Positions 36,276 through 46,801 are shown, counted from the first letter of the stretch. The stretch is 64,000 nt of DNA from a virus (IMGVR_UViG_3300031134_000001:1-64000); one strand, 5' to 3'. Notes: generated by a model not told the origin, from the letters alone. A program made the numbers and translations.

Positions 36276-37895
36276 ATGCAAAAATCAATGCTGCCTTTCA
36301 ATGTATCGATTTTACATTTGACCCCCCCTAAGCTGGCGGGACTGGCACAAATTACGTCGTTGTCGATGTATGAAGGCATCACGAACAACTTCCACCCAGA
36401 TGGACTGTTCTCTACCAAAATCTTTGGCCGTGTGGGCGATGATGTCCGCGCGCGGCGTTATGCCTACATCGATATCAAAGTAGCGGTGTTCCATCCGATC
36501 ATCTACAACACGCTGGTCTCACTCAAGCGGTTGTATGGTGGCATCATGTCGGGTCACGAATACGCAGTGTGGAATCCCGAGAAGAAAGACTTCGACCGCT
36601 CGGACGCCATGGATGGTGAGACTGGTTACCATTTCTTTATGACGTATTGGGAACAGATCGACTTTGCCAAAACGTCTAGCGACAAACGCGACATCGCGAT
36701 TCGCTTAATCGAGAAATACAAGAAGCAAGCCTTAACCAGTAAGATCATCGTGATCCCTGCGGGCCTGCGTGATGTGGAAATCGGCGGGGATGGTCGGCCA
36801 CGTGAAGATGAGATCAATCCCATCTACCGCGAACTGTTAAGTACGGCCAACACCTTGTCCGACATCGCGATTCGCTCCACACCAGAACTGATCGACCGAG
36901 CCCGTTTCAAACTGCAAACCACGTTCGTTAAGATCTATGACCTGATCGAGCGTTTGATTTACGGTAAGAACAAACTGATTCAAGGTAAGTGGGCTAGCCG
37001 GCGCATTATGAACGGCACTGGTAACGTCATCACGGCCCTGCCGGTGGAAACCCAGTACCTGGGCGCAGCAGGCGCAGCAGGCTTTAACGACACGGCTATC
37101 GGCCTGTTCCAACTGATCAAAGGCTTGCTGCCGATCGCGCTGTACCAACTCAAGCATGGTTGGTTGCGTCAAGTCTTCCCAGACTACAGCTTGCCCGTTA
37201 ATCTGGTGAACAAGAAAACGTTGAAGGCCGAACCCGTATCGCTCAAGACCGAGTACTACGATCGCTTCCAAACCAATGAAGGGTTGGAGAAAGTCGTCAA
37301 CGCCTTCCGCGAAGAATCGCTACGCGACCAGCCGATGGAACTGGAAGGTCGTTACATGGGCCTGATTTATAAGGGACCAGACAACACCTTCAAGATCTTC
37401 AACGACATCGATGAGTTGCCTGCCAACCGTAGCCGCGCGCACGTCTATCCGCTCACGTTCTGTGAGCTGGTCTATTTGTCCGGTTATCGCATGTGGAATA
37501 AATATCCAGCGACAGTGACCCGTTACCCAGTGACCGGTGTGGGTTCGATTTACCCAACCAGTCTGTATGTGCGCACCACCACGGTGGCTGAGTGCCGCAA
37601 AGAACTGGGTCGTAACTGGGAACCGCTGGACGACTCCCACACTGCCTACGAGTTCCCGGTGCCTGGTCCGTACATGAAGTCGATGTCGCCACACCCAACC
37701 CGTCTGGCCAAACTGGACGCCGACTTCGACGGCGATATGATGAACTGCAACATCGTGTACTCCGATGAAGCGGTCGAAGAAGTCAACAACTATTTTGGTA
37801 AACGCCGAGCGTATGTCGGTACCAACGGTCAATTCATTTCCAGCACCGCGGTGCATACAGCAAAACTGGTGTTTCATAACCTCACAGGGGATTAG
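36276..37895 (+). CDS. Virion RNA polymerase beta-prime N-terminal subunit (phiKZ gp180-like)
   Basis: LFSTKIFG, VIPAGLRD, GKWASRR, VTRYPV, catalytic DADFDGD. Confidence 0.93.
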   Translation: MQKSMLPFNVSILHLTPPKLAGLAQITSLSMYEGITNNFHPDGLFSTKIFGRVGDDVRARRYAYIDIKVAVFHPIIYNTLVSLKRLYGGIMSGHEYAVWNPEKKDFDRSDAMDGETGYHFFMTYWEQIDFAKTSSDKRDIAIRLIEKYKKQALTSKIIVIPAGLRDVEIGGDGRPREDEINPIYRELLSTANTLSDIAIRSTPELIDRARFKLQTTFVKIYDLIERLIYGKNKLIQGKWASRRIMNGTGNVITALPVETQYLGAAGAAGFNDTAIGLFQLIKGLLPIALYQLKHGWLRQVFPDYSLPVNLVNKKTLKAEPVSLKTEYYDRFQTNEGLEKVVNAFREESLRDQPMELEGRYMGLIYKGPDNTFKIFNDIDELPANRSRAHVYPLTFCELVYLSGYRMWNKYPATVTRYPVTGVGSIYPTSLYVRTTTVAECRKELGRNWEPLDDSHTAYEFPVPGPYMKSMSPHPTRLAKLDADFDGDMMNCNIVYSDEAVEEVNNYFGKRRAYVGTNGQFISSTAVHTAKLVFHNLTGD

Positions 37896-37900
37896 TTCTC

Positions 37901-40900
37901 ATGTTGCTCGATTTTAATCTCTTTTATCGTAACTACGGTCTGCGTCGTGCTGACCAGCTGATGGCGCCGCGCTTTGGTCACTTGGAGAACTTCCAGCTGC
38001 CACGCCGTGCGATCTTCCATAGCGCCCACGGCAGTCCGAACCAATACGGTCCATCGGACAACGACGTTGCGCTGCAAGGCTTTTCAGCTGCGATCATGAA
38101 AGACGACAAGGTCATTCAGAAAGCGCAAGCACGCAACATCTGGGTGCACCACGTCTTGGCACTGGCGCCAGGTCAATTGGGTCAACCATCCAAGCTGGCA
38201 GTCCAACCAGTCCAAGTCATTCGTCAGTACCACCAACACTACCGCCGGTTCCGTAACGCGGTCGATGAAAAGCCGTTGGCTGATGTCAACAGCTTGATGG
38301 TGTACAACTACAACGTCCTGCCGCATCTGCTGCGCTATCCGCGTAACCAGTTCAACCAGTATCTGGAATGGTACAACATCGAACGCACGGTCTGGACCGA
38401 GATTGCCCGTCTGTCAGCCATTACCGATCGACCTCAGTTCGTGCTGTGCCATGTGCCGCAAGTGTTGCCCGCCCGGTCGATCTTGCAGCAGTACGATACG
38501 ATGGACCCGAAAAAGCCCACGTCCCGGATTGCGCAGATCCTTTACTCCAACGAGCATTTGTTCTTGGGTGAAGTGTGGAAGTGGTTTGGCGAGAACCGCA
38601 GTCAGTCGCTGCTGGGCTTGGTACCACGTAAGCACTTGAACCGTGTGAACTTGGTGTTCCTCGAATCCGGTCAATGGACCGTGATTAACCTGGGCGTGCT
38701 TGACTCGTGGCGACGGCCGCTGCCGGCGGAGAAGTTCGAGAACGAACAAGAGCGCTCGAATCTGATTGCGCCTAAGTCGTTCCAGAATCACATCCTGCGT
38801 TTCTTCATGTCCGTAACCCAGTTGCGTTCTGTCGCCCCGACGGAAGTTACTGACATGGACGGTCGTCAAGTTCTCGATGACGACGACAAGAAAGACTTGC
38901 AGAAGGAATTGGCCACGATCACCAAAGTCGATTCTGGTCCAGCCGTCATCAACCCAACTACGGGTGCTGCGACGATTGCGACCAACCAACTCAAGGCCCA
39001 GTTTAGTGGTGCGGCTGATGACAAGCCAGACGACACCGCTGACAGCGTGAAGGTGGATGCCAATCTCGACGCCTCGATCGATGCCGAATTGGCCGAGATG
39101 GAAAAGGTCTTGGCTGCGCCAGTGGCTGATAACGCAGGCGATGAACAAACGGCGACGGCCAAACGGGAAGCCTGGATTACCACACCACAAAGCGTGGATG
39201 CTGAAATCCCGCCACTCGTGCGTCCCAGTCACGAAGAAGCACTGCTCAAGATCGCCAAAGCCAATCTGGCCAACGGTTCGATTACTGCTGCCCAGTACCG
39301 CAACTATGAAAAGGTGGCAAACGCTTACAAGACCATGAAGTCGCCAGATGGTAAGATGACCCTTGGGGAATTCATCGACATCTCGCCTGACTCGCTCTTG
39401 ATCAAGGAATCCAAAGCGATTCCCGACATCTCGACCGTGCCTGACAAAACCATGCTCAAGTCCTCGCTCTTGGACTTTGACAAACGGTATACCCGTGAAA
39501 TCATGCAGCGTGACGTGGCCTCGATGGCAATGTGCTTTGCGCAAGCTGGTTATGGCGTGACGGAATACGACGTGGAAACCGTCGACAGTCTGATGGGGGC
39601 GTATAACGTCTACACGGTGCGTGTGTTGCCAACTGATGGCAGCGCCTCAACGGTGCGCTTTAAGTTGCCTGTGATCGATCCTGATGGCAGCTACATGGCC
39701 AACGGTGTGAAGTACAGCATGCGTAAGCAGCGTGGCGACATCCCGATCCGTAAGACTGCGCCTGACACAGTGTCCCTGACCAGTTACTACGGCAAAGCGT
39801 TTATCCGTCGTAGTGAAAAGAAGGTGAACAGTTACGCGCCGTGGCTGACCAACAACCTGATGGCCAAGATGCTCGACGATCTCGATCCGAGTATCACCAA
39901 CGGTCACCCAGGCGACATGTCAGACAACGAGGCGAAAGTCCCACGTCTGTATGCGATCATCGCGTCAGCGTTCAATAGCTTCACGTTGACCACGAGTGCG
40001 TTGTCAGGTGCCCAAGGCCATATCTCGTTTGAGATGTCGTTTGACCATACCAAGCGTGAAGCGTTGTATGGCAAAGAAGCGTTGGCCAAGTACGAACAGA
40101 ACGGCACGATCATCGCTGGTATCTCCACCATGAAGTCGCATTACTTCCTGATTGGTAAATCCGGCGCGTGTGCTCTTGTGGGTCCGTCGCTCACAGGCGA
40201 GCATGAAGTCAAGCAGTTCTCGTTTGAACAGCTGATCGGTTTGGATCGCGCTAAGGCGCCGGTCGATATCGCAGTCATGAAGATTGCTGGTGCGACGATG
40301 CCACTCGGTGTGATCTTGGCGTATGCCATTGGTCTGGACCCGATGCTTGCGTTACTCAAGTCGAAGATTCGCCGCGTGCCGGCGGGGACACGGTTGAACA
40401 TGGCGTTGAACGAAGCGTCGGTGGTATTTAACGATGAGTCGATTGTGTTTGACAAGAACGACCAACTCACCGGTTTGTTCCTGGGTGGCTTTAACGAATA
40501 CCATCGTCACATCCGTCGTTACAACGTGCATCTGTTTAACAGCAAAGAAGTCTACCTGAACGTGCTGGAAGCTGATGGTCTGGGCGTGCGCTACATCCGT
40601 GAGATGAACTTGTTCTACCAAATGTTCATCGACCCGATCACGCACGACATTTTGGTCGAAATGAAAATGCCGACTGACATGCGGGCACTGCTCGTGGTGG
40701 CTGGCACGATGCTGCTGACGGACGACCATCCAGACGAACTCGACGGCGCCTTCATGCGCTTGAAAGGTTACGAACGGATGGCTGGTGCAGTGTACTCCGA
40801 AATGGTACGCTCCATCCGTCAACACAACGGCAGTGCCGGCAAGTCCCGCTCAGCACTGAACATGGACCCGTTCGCGGTGTTCACGGCTATTCAGACTGAC

Positions 40901-42334
40901 CCTGCTAAGACTCAAGTGAACGAGATCAATCCGATCCAGAACTTGAAGGAACAGGAAGCGGTGACGTACAACGGCACGGGCGGTCGTAACAGTCGCACGA
41001 TGACCAAAGGCACCCGTACCTATCACCGCAACGACATGGGGTTAATCTCCACTGACACGGTCGATAGCTCGGACGTTGCGATCAACACCTCGACCTGCGC
41101 CAATCCCCAGTTCACATCCCTGCGCGGCCTAACGCGTCCTTACGAGGAGACGATGGGTAAAACGGCACTGCTTTCAACAGCTGTGTTGTTAGCACCGGGC
41201 ACCAGCAACGACGACATGAAGCGGGCTAACTTCATCGGCATTCAACACTCGCACACCGTCGCATGCGCAGGCTACCATCAGATGCCAGTGCGCACCGGTT
41301 ACGAGCAAGTCGTTGCACACCGCACAGGCGACATGTTTGCAGCCTCGGCTACCCAAGACGGTAAAGTCATCTCGGTGGCGCCTACCGGCATCATCGTGCA
41401 GTATGCTGATGGCACCCGTCAAGGTTACGAGATCGGTCGCCGGTTTGGTAACGCCGCTGGTCTGACGATCCCGCACGAGATCCGCGCCAACGTTAAGTTG
41501 AACGAGGAATTCAAACAGGGTCGTATCCTGATTTATAACACGGGCTTCTTTGAGACCGATATCTTAAATCCGGACAACGTGGTGTGGAAAGCGGGTATGT
41601 TGGTTAAGACCGTGTTGATGGAAGTACCAGAGACCCTGGAAGACTCCTCAGCCGTCTCAGCGCGCATCACGGACAAGCTCGTGACCAAGGTCTCGAAGTA
41701 CTCCGACGTCGTGGTAACGTTCGATCAAGCCATCTCTAAACTGGTCAAAGAAGGCCAAGCCGTCTCCAGCGAAGATATTTTATGCATAATTGAGGATGCT
41801 GTTACGAGTCAAGCAAATCTGTTTGATGAGAATTCTCTCAACACGCTCAAGCTGCTGAGTAACTACGCGCCACAGGCGAAAGTGAAAGGTGTCGTTGAGC
41901 GGGTGGAAGTGTACTACCACGGTGAGAAGGAAGACATGAGCGATTCTCTGCGGAGTATTGCCAATGCTTCTGACAAAGCCCTGGCTGAACGCTTTAAGTC
42001 CACCGGCCGGAAAGTGTTAACCGGTAGCGTGGATGAAGCCTTCCGCGTTGAGGGAGAACCTTTGCAGTTTGAACATCTCTGCGTTCGCATCTACATCACG
42101 TCAGACGTTGACATGGGTGAGGGTGACAAGGGCGTGTTCGCCAACCAAATGAAAACCGTCGTTGGTAAGAAAATGGTGGGCGAATATAAAACAGAGAAGG
42201 GCGACATCATCGACGCTGTCTTCGGTGCGCAAAGTATCGATAACCGGATCGTGCTCTCGCCATACGTCATCGGCATGTATAGCGTTCTTTTAGACCTAGC
42301 GGGTCAAGAAGCTCTCGCCGCGTACGAATCATAA
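37901..42334 (+). CDS. Virion RNA polymerase beta subunit (phiKZ gp178-like)
   Basis: 1477 aa; NDDMKRANFIGIQ, VLMEVPETLEDSSAVS, GEGDKGVFANQMKTV, IDAVFGAQSIDNR. Confidence 0.9.
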   Translation: MLLDFNLFYRNYGLRRADQLMAPRFGHLENFQLPRRAIFHSAHGSPNQYGPSDNDVALQGFSAAIMKDDKVIQKAQARNIWVHHVLALAPGQLGQPSKLAVQPVQVIRQYHQHYRRFRNAVDEKPLADVNSLMVYNYNVLPHLLRYPRNQFNQYLEWYNIERTVWTEIARLSAITDRPQFVLCHVPQVLPARSILQQYDTMDPKKPTSRIAQILYSNEHLFLGEVWKWFGENRSQSLLGLVPRKHLNRVNLVFLESGQWTVINLGVLDSWRRPLPAEKFENEQERSNLIAPKSFQNHILRFFMSVTQLRSVAPTEVTDMDGRQVLDDDDKKDLQKELATITKVDSGPAVINPTTGAATIATNQLKAQFSGAADDKPDDTADSVKVDANLDASIDAELAEMEKVLAAPVADNAGDEQTATAKREAWITTPQSVDAEIPPLVRPSHEEALLKIAKANLANGSITAAQYRNYEKVANAYKTMKSPDGKMTLGEFIDISPDSLLIKESKAIPDISTVPDKTMLKSSLLDFDKRYTREIMQRDVASMAMCFAQAGYGVTEYDVETVDSLMGAYNVYTVRVLPTDGSASTVRFKLPVIDPDGSYMANGVKYSMRKQRGDIPIRKTAPDTVSLTSYYGKAFIRRSEKKVNSYAPWLTNNLMAKMLDDLDPSITNGHPGDMSDNEAKVPRLYAIIASAFNSFTLTTSALSGAQGHISFEMSFDHTKREALYGKEALAKYEQNGTIIAGISTMKSHYFLIGKSGACALVGPSLTGEHEVKQFSFEQLIGLDRAKAPVDIAVMKIAGATMPLGVILAYAIGLDPMLALLKSKIRRVPAGTRLNMALNEASVVFNDESIVFDKNDQLTGLFLGGFNEYHRHIRRYNVHLFNSKEVYLNVLEADGLGVRYIREMNLFYQMFIDPITHDILVEMKMPTDMRALLVVAGTMLLTDDHPDELDGAFMRLKGYERMAGAVYSEMVRSIRQHNGSAGKSRSALNMDPFAVFTAIQTDPAKTQVNEINPIQNLKEQEAVTYNGTGGRNSRTMTKGTRTYHRNDMGLISTDTVDSSDVAINTSTCANPQFTSLRGLTRPYEETMGKTALLSTAVLLAPGTSNDDMKRANFIGIQHSHTVACAGYHQMPVRTGYEQVVAHRTGDMFAASATQDGKVISVAPTGIIVQYADGTRQGYEIGRRFGNAAGLTIPHEIRANVKLNEEFKQGRILIYNTGFFETDILNPDNVVWKAGMLVKTVLMEVPETLEDSSAVSARITDKLVTKVSKYSDVVVTFDQAISKLVKEGQAVSSEDILCIIEDAVTSQANLFDENSLNTLKLLSNYAPQAKVKGVVERVEVYYHGEKEDMSDSLRSIANASDKALAERFKSTGRKVLTGSVDEAFRVEGEPLQFEHLCVRIYITSDVDMGEGDKGVFANQMKTVVGKKMVGEYKTEKGDIIDAVFGAQSIDNRIVLSPYVIGMYSVLLDLAGQEALAAYES

Positions 42335-42336
42335 CC

Positions 42337-42378
42337 CACAGGACGGCTTACGCCGTCCTGTGATTCGTCTTCTTTTTT
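42337..42378 (+). terminator. Hairpin terminator after the RNAP beta gene
   Basis: cacaggacggc-ttac-gccgtcctgtg perfect 11-bp stem, then a T-rich run; preceded by CATA. Confidence 0.75.
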
Positions 42379-42396
42379 AGTAACCAAAGGAACATA

Positions 42397-42594
42397 ATGA
42401 ACAATCTCTCATCTTTGCAAACCGTGCTGACAGTTGCCAATGCGGCTGAACTGACGGCAGCGATTGCGAAAGAGGTGCTGGGTAACGATGTGGCTGATTC
42501 GGTCGAAGGCAGCGAGCTGACCTCGGACGTCGTGCGCGATATCGCTGTGGCCCAAATCCAGCAAAACCTGTCCACCTACAACCGGAGCAAATAA
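42397..42594 (+). CDS. Small conserved virion-region protein
   Basis: 65 aa with AAGGAA RBS; its stop abuts the next ATG. Confidence 0.7.
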   Translation: MNNLSSLQTVLTVANAAELTAAIAKEVLGNDVADSVEGSELTSDVVRDIAVAQIQQNLSTYNRSK

Positions 42595-44022
42595 ATGCTT
42601 AGCCCTAGCGCCATTTACAAAGCGATCGCCTTGACCGGTCAGTTCGATGCCGCCGGCATCATCCTGAAACCGCTGGGTGGTTCGCCACTGCATCACGTGG
42701 TCGAAGCGTGTGCGACTTTGCCTGAGATGGCATACAAGACCGAAGGCGGCACTGTCGAATTCGACTTCGGCGCGATCGAGCGCGCAGCCAATGCCAAAGA
42801 AGGTGTGTTCGATCGCTCGCGTCACGATTACGCCATGACCGACTTCGCCAACCTGGGCGCTGAGACGGTGCGTAAGTCGCTGTACGTGGCCCGCAACCTC
42901 GTGGCACCACGCATCAACAGCCTGCTCGAACTGGTGACCATGCGTCTGGCCAATGCCCCGGTGTCGGATCTGTCCAAACTGCGCATCAGCGAAGAAGAAG
43001 ACTGCCCAGCCATCTACGGCCCGAACCTGCGTCGCCTCGTCGACCAGTACGCCAACTACCACAACGGCGAACCTACGCTCTCGCTCAACGGTCCTGAACT
43101 GGGCACGGACGAAATCCTGAAGTACATGGAAACGGGCATTGCTTCGATCGACGACGAACTCATCACGTGGGCTGCAGCGCTGCCAGAAGCCACCCTGCAA
43201 GACACATACCGCAGTTTCTTCACGACGTTAAACGGTCGCGATAACCGCGGCTTCTTCGGTCGTATCGACAAGTCGGTCGTCAAGATGGTGATCGTGTATT
43301 GCATCGCCCGTCACCTGTTCGAAAACGACGTCCTGCTCGACGGCATCTCGCTGAGCCTGAAAGAATACCGCGCGGTCTTGACCGGCCTGATGGCACAAAG
43401 CGCGCACCTCTTGACCATCCAGATGGAAAAGAACGATGCGTCGATCAAGAACGGCAACATGGTGCGTTCGATCAACGGTGTCGAGATCCGTGTGTTCCCG
43501 CCAGTCTACCGCGAATGGCTCAAGAACGGCGGCAACACCGACGTGCTGTACGGCATGGCCACATCGGGTGAGCAGAAGTTCACCATCGATGCGATCAGCG
43601 AAAACGCCGACAAGTACGTCAAAGCCTGGAACAGCTACGCTTCGCTCATCACGGCGCGCGACAGCATGGCGCGGATGAACTTCCTGCGCGAACAGCTCAT
43701 CATGTCGTACGAGAGCATCATCAACGCACCGAACGAAGAAGGCATCCTGCCTAACCCGGCCGACGTGCGTGCTGAAATGGATTGCTTCCGCGACGTGCTG
43801 CGTGAAATGACCGTGAACGACGCCGACAACTTGCACCTCATGTGCTTGAAACTCGTGTGCCGTGCTTCGTTCTGCGAAACGCCTGCGGAAATGATCCTGA
43901 TCAAGATGGACGAAGAAGCCAAGAAGAATCCAAAGCTGTCCCCGCGTGAAGCTGGCGCCTTGGCTGTCATCTGGTACATCTCGGCCTGGGTCTCCTCGCT
44001 GATCATCATCGACAACGCGTAA
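42595..44022 (+). CDS. Head/ejection protein (phiKZ gp177-like by synteny)
   Basis: 475 aa with strong C-ending codon bias, between the RNAP beta gene and gp176/gp175-like genes. Confidence 0.65.
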   Translation: MLSPSAIYKAIALTGQFDAAGIILKPLGGSPLHHVVEACATLPEMAYKTEGGTVEFDFGAIERAANAKEGVFDRSRHDYAMTDFANLGAETVRKSLYVARNLVAPRINSLLELVTMRLANAPVSDLSKLRISEEEDCPAIYGPNLRRLVDQYANYHNGEPTLSLNGPELGTDEILKYMETGIASIDDELITWAAALPEATLQDTYRSFFTTLNGRDNRGFFGRIDKSVVKMVIVYCIARHLFENDVLLDGISLSLKEYRAVLTGLMAQSAHLLTIQMEKNDASIKNGNMVRSINGVEIRVFPPVYREWLKNGGNTDVLYGMATSGEQKFTIDAISENADKYVKAWNSYASLITARDSMARMNFLREQLIMSYESIINAPNEEGILPNPADVRAEMDCFRDVLREMTVNDADNLHLMCLKLVCRASFCETPAEMILIKMDEEAKKNPKLSPREAGALAVIWYISAWVSSLIIIDNA

Positions 44023-44033
44023 GGACATCGGCC

Positions 44034-44750
44034 ATGGATTACAGTCACTACATCCACGATGCGGCGAAAGTACACAGTGCGCTCGCTGAATTGCCGAACG
44101 GTAGTTTGGTGGCCAAAAAGGCAATCAAGATCGTCGTCCCTACTCGGTTTGCTGAGCGGGGTTTGGCGTTCGTGGGTATCGAAACTAGCATCGTCGGTAT
44201 CTACGCCATCATTGTGGAAGACCAGTACTACGGCGTGTCCACCACCAATGCCATGATTCGCATCACGCCGTCTTCGACCAACAAGGTCACGTACGACGAA
44301 GATGAGTATTACGAGTTCTCGTTCGATCCAGGTGCAACGATCATCCCGTCGCTCGACTTGGTGAAGATCGATACCATCGTGTACAACATCTACGATGAGC
44401 TGTTAGGTAAAGGTCGGGTGCCTTGGTACATGTCGTACGAGCTGATGGGTGGCTTGTTTGACACGGCCAAGGATCACGCTGGTGCCAACGTGGGTCAACA
44501 ACAGGAGGTCGTCGAAATGATGGTCTCCTTGATCACACGCGATGAAAGCAACCGGGTAGAGTACTACCGCCGGGTTGTTGCGCAAGATCCGAAAAAGAGG
44601 CCAGCCTTCATCCCGCTACGTAGTGTGGCGTATGCCGCGACCAATACCTTGAACAAAGTCGCAGGTAGCTATGCGCGGGACGGGATGGTTTCAGCATTGG
44701 TCACACCAACTGAGCGGGTGGAGCGACTCGAATCACTCCTTCGAACTTAA
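44034..44750 (+). CDS. Virion RNA polymerase small (beta-prime middle) subunit (phiKZ gp176-like)
   Basis: 238 aa directly upstream of the protease, the conserved position; GKGRVPWYMSY, FIPLRSV. Mainly synteny plus recalled motifs. Confidence 0.65.
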   Translation: MDYSHYIHDAAKVHSALAELPNGSLVAKKAIKIVVPTRFAERGLAFVGIETSIVGIYAIIVEDQYYGVSTTNAMIRITPSSTNKVTYDEDEYYEFSFDPGATIIPSLDLVKIDTIVYNIYDELLGKGRVPWYMSYELMGGLFDTAKDHAGANVGQQQEVVEMMVSLITRDESNRVEYYRRVVAQDPKKRPAFIPLRSVAYAATNTLNKVAGSYARDGMVSALVTPTERVERLESLLRT

Positions 44751-44761
44751 TTGGAAAGACT

Positions 44762-45562
44762 ATGTTCGCCAATACCAACTCGGTCGTCTTTGCTTGCACC
44801 TCGCTTGAAGGTGTGAACAAAGTCGGCCTGCTGAAAAAGACACCGGAGGGTTATTACCCGATGGTGGTGGGGGCGTTAAACGTCTTCAACTCGGGCGGGC
44901 AGTTCTACCCAGCCAACAACGATGCACGTGCGCTGTTCGAACAATCCAGTTCGTTCATGCGCCGTGTGCAAGATGGTGCACTGCGTGGTGAGATGGGTCA
45001 CCCAAAGCCGGGACCGCGCAGTCTGGATCAAAACGAACAGCGCTTGCGCGATCAAGAGTTCGTTCGCCGTAACCTCTCGATCTACGAAGAACGGGTGTGT
45101 TGCCACCACATGAAGATTTGGCTGGACTTCGATTCAGTCAAAAACAAAGATGGTCAGCCAGTCATCGCCATCATGTCGCTGGTCAAGCCCAGCGGCGAAC
45201 TCGGCCACGTCTTGGAAAAGCAATTGGAAAACCCGCATGAGAATGTGTGTTTCTCGATCCGCTCGTTCACAGACAACAAAACCCGCTTCGGCATCGAAGA
45301 GCGCACGCTCAAAGAAATCGTGACGTTTGACTACGTTAACGAGCCAGGCATTTCCCACGCTAAGAAGTATCTCTCCCCGGCCTTGGAGAGCGGCTTTGAA
45401 ATGTCAATTAGCCGTGGTATGTTGGACAGCGCAATCATGATGAACCGTCCGGACAGTGTGTCGTCCGAGTCGATCATCGTTCGCCCTGACAACCTGTACA
45501 ATTCGATGAACTGGCCACTGCCAGGTCATAGTTCGAAACAGCTGCCTTCGCGCGGCTGGTAA
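44762..45562 (+). CDS. Prohead protease (phiKZ gp175-like)
   Basis: LRGEMGHP (His), CFSIRS (Ser), TFDYVNEPGI (Asp region), and a C-terminal ALE|S self-cleavage-type site. Confidence 0.87.
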   Translation: MFANTNSVVFACTSLEGVNKVGLLKKTPEGYYPMVVGALNVFNSGGQFYPANNDARALFEQSSSFMRRVQDGALRGEMGHPKPGPRSLDQNEQRLRDQEFVRRNLSIYEERVCCHHMKIWLDFDSVKNKDGQPVIAIMSLVKPSGELGHVLEKQLENPHENVCFSIRSFTDNKTRFGIEERTLKEIVTFDYVNEPGISHAKKYLSPALESGFEMSISRGMLDSAIMMNRPDSVSSESIIVRPDNLYNSMNWPLPGHSSKQLPSRGW

Positions 45563-45606
45563 TGATAAGACCTCTCTGCCTTTCGGGGTGGAGGGGTCTT
45601 ATGCCG
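45563..45606. terminator. Hairpin, TATGCCGT family
   Basis: ataagacctctctgcc-tttc-ggggtggaggggtcttat-gccgt. Confidence 0.7.
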
Positions 45607-45621
45607 TATGGTTCTAAATCG

Positions 45622-45640
45622 TTTTAACGCTATATCACTT
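45622..45640 (+). promoter_or_regulatory. Putative early promoter (TTTTAACGCTATATCAC)
   Basis: Near-identical to the motif at 61831-61847; similar to the phiKZ early TATATTAC element. Confidence 0.5.
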
Positions 45641-45739
45641 TACTGTAATTAGTTGTCAATATGCAATCTAACGATATAAAAATAGCTGGTATCCACCTGC
45701 TATAGAGCCGAACCACCTCTTAACCAAAAGGAAAACGAA

Positions 45740-46243
45740 TTGGGCACTCCTATCAATCCACAGTGGGAACACGTGTTGCTGACCTTCAAAGGCAACGAAC
45801 ACAAATTCTCCGGCGTGGTTGCGCAAGCGACCAAAGACACCATCGACGTTGACATCGAACTGATCGACTTGGTTGCCTCTGCCAAGGAAGTTGCTCACGT
45901 TTCGAATGTGATCGATGTCGAAGACCTCGAAATCGTCACGCCAATCTTTTACAAGCACGAAGGCAAGTTCATCGTGCTGGCCGGTGCTGACAAAGTCATC
46001 GCCACCAAACAAGCAGCAAAGCCCAAAGCCGATGGTTCGCCGATCACGGTCAAGGGTCGCATGCTGTCTTCGGTTGCACTCAAAGGCGTTCGCGTCTTGA
46101 AAGCGCAACCACCCGCAGAGCAAGTACGTCCAGCGACACCGTTCAATCCACCGCGACTGAACACGCCGCATCGCGCTGGCGCCTACAACAGCGACAGCCA
46201 ACCCCGTACCTACGCCGGCAAACCAACGCCACGTAAGTACTGA
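45740..46243 (+). CDS. Hypothetical protein
   Basis: TTG start after AAAAGGAAA; 167 aa with a Pro/Arg-rich tail. Confidence 0.7.
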   Translation: MGTPINPQWEHVLLTFKGNEHKFSGVVAQATKDTIDVDIELIDLVASAKEVAHVSNVIDVEDLEIVTPIFYKHEGKFIVLAGADKVIATKQAAKPKADGSPITVKGRMLSSVALKGVRVLKAQPPAEQVRPATPFNPPRLNTPHRAGAYNSDSQPRTYAGKPTPRKY

Positions 46244-46286
46244 TTCATTTCACCCGTAGTACATACCACCAAAAAAGGAAAACAGC

Positions 46287-46793
46287 ATGAGCACCGAAAA
46301 GATCGCAGAAGTCAAACTGAATCCGGCCGTCGAAGAAATGAAGGGCAAGATCTACGAAGCCATCACCGTGTCGAACACCGGTGACGTCGAAAAGACCGAG
46401 AACATCTACGAGAGCACCCTGCCCGACGACATCACGATCGACATGGTCAAGCGCGTCAACACGCACAACGAACTGTTCATCGCTGCCGCCTACGACGCCA
46501 TCGGTGACGCTGCTCGCGCCGCGGCCCTGGAACACGAAGGCATCAAGCAAGTCAACGCAACCATCGGCATGACCGGCCGCAACACCCTGCACGTGCAGTG
46601 GGACCGCGCCGTCGAACGCAACGCCGGCATCGCCGAAAAAGGCAAGGTCGCCCCGAAGAAAACCGTGTACGGCGCCATGTCCGGCAAACTGACCGTCGCC
46701 GGCACCGACACCGGCTCGGGCGAGCTGGGCAAAGTCGCACGTCGCCAAAAGCAAGCAGCACAAGACATGTTCGCGCCGGCCGTCACGGCCTAA
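46287..46793 (+). CDS. Abundant small protein of unknown function
   Basis: 168 aa with AAAGGAAA RBS; near-exclusive C/G-ending codons; basic C-terminal third. Confidence 0.8.
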   Translation: MSTEKIAEVKLNPAVEEMKGKIYEAITVSNTGDVEKTENIYESTLPDDITIDMVKRVNTHNELFIAAAYDAIGDAARAAALEHEGIKQVNATIGMTGRNTLHVQWDRAVERNAGIAEKGKVAPKKTVYGAMSGKLTVAGTDTGSGELGKVARRQKQAAQDMFAPAVTA

Positions 46794-46801
46794 GCAGCAT
46801 C

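Noticed and set aside
36276-42334. Inteins or group I introns in the RNAP genes (also checked in terL and uvsX)
   Set aside because: ORFs are continuous and of expected size; I saw no C/S...HN intein ends and no LAGLIDADG or HNH motifs.
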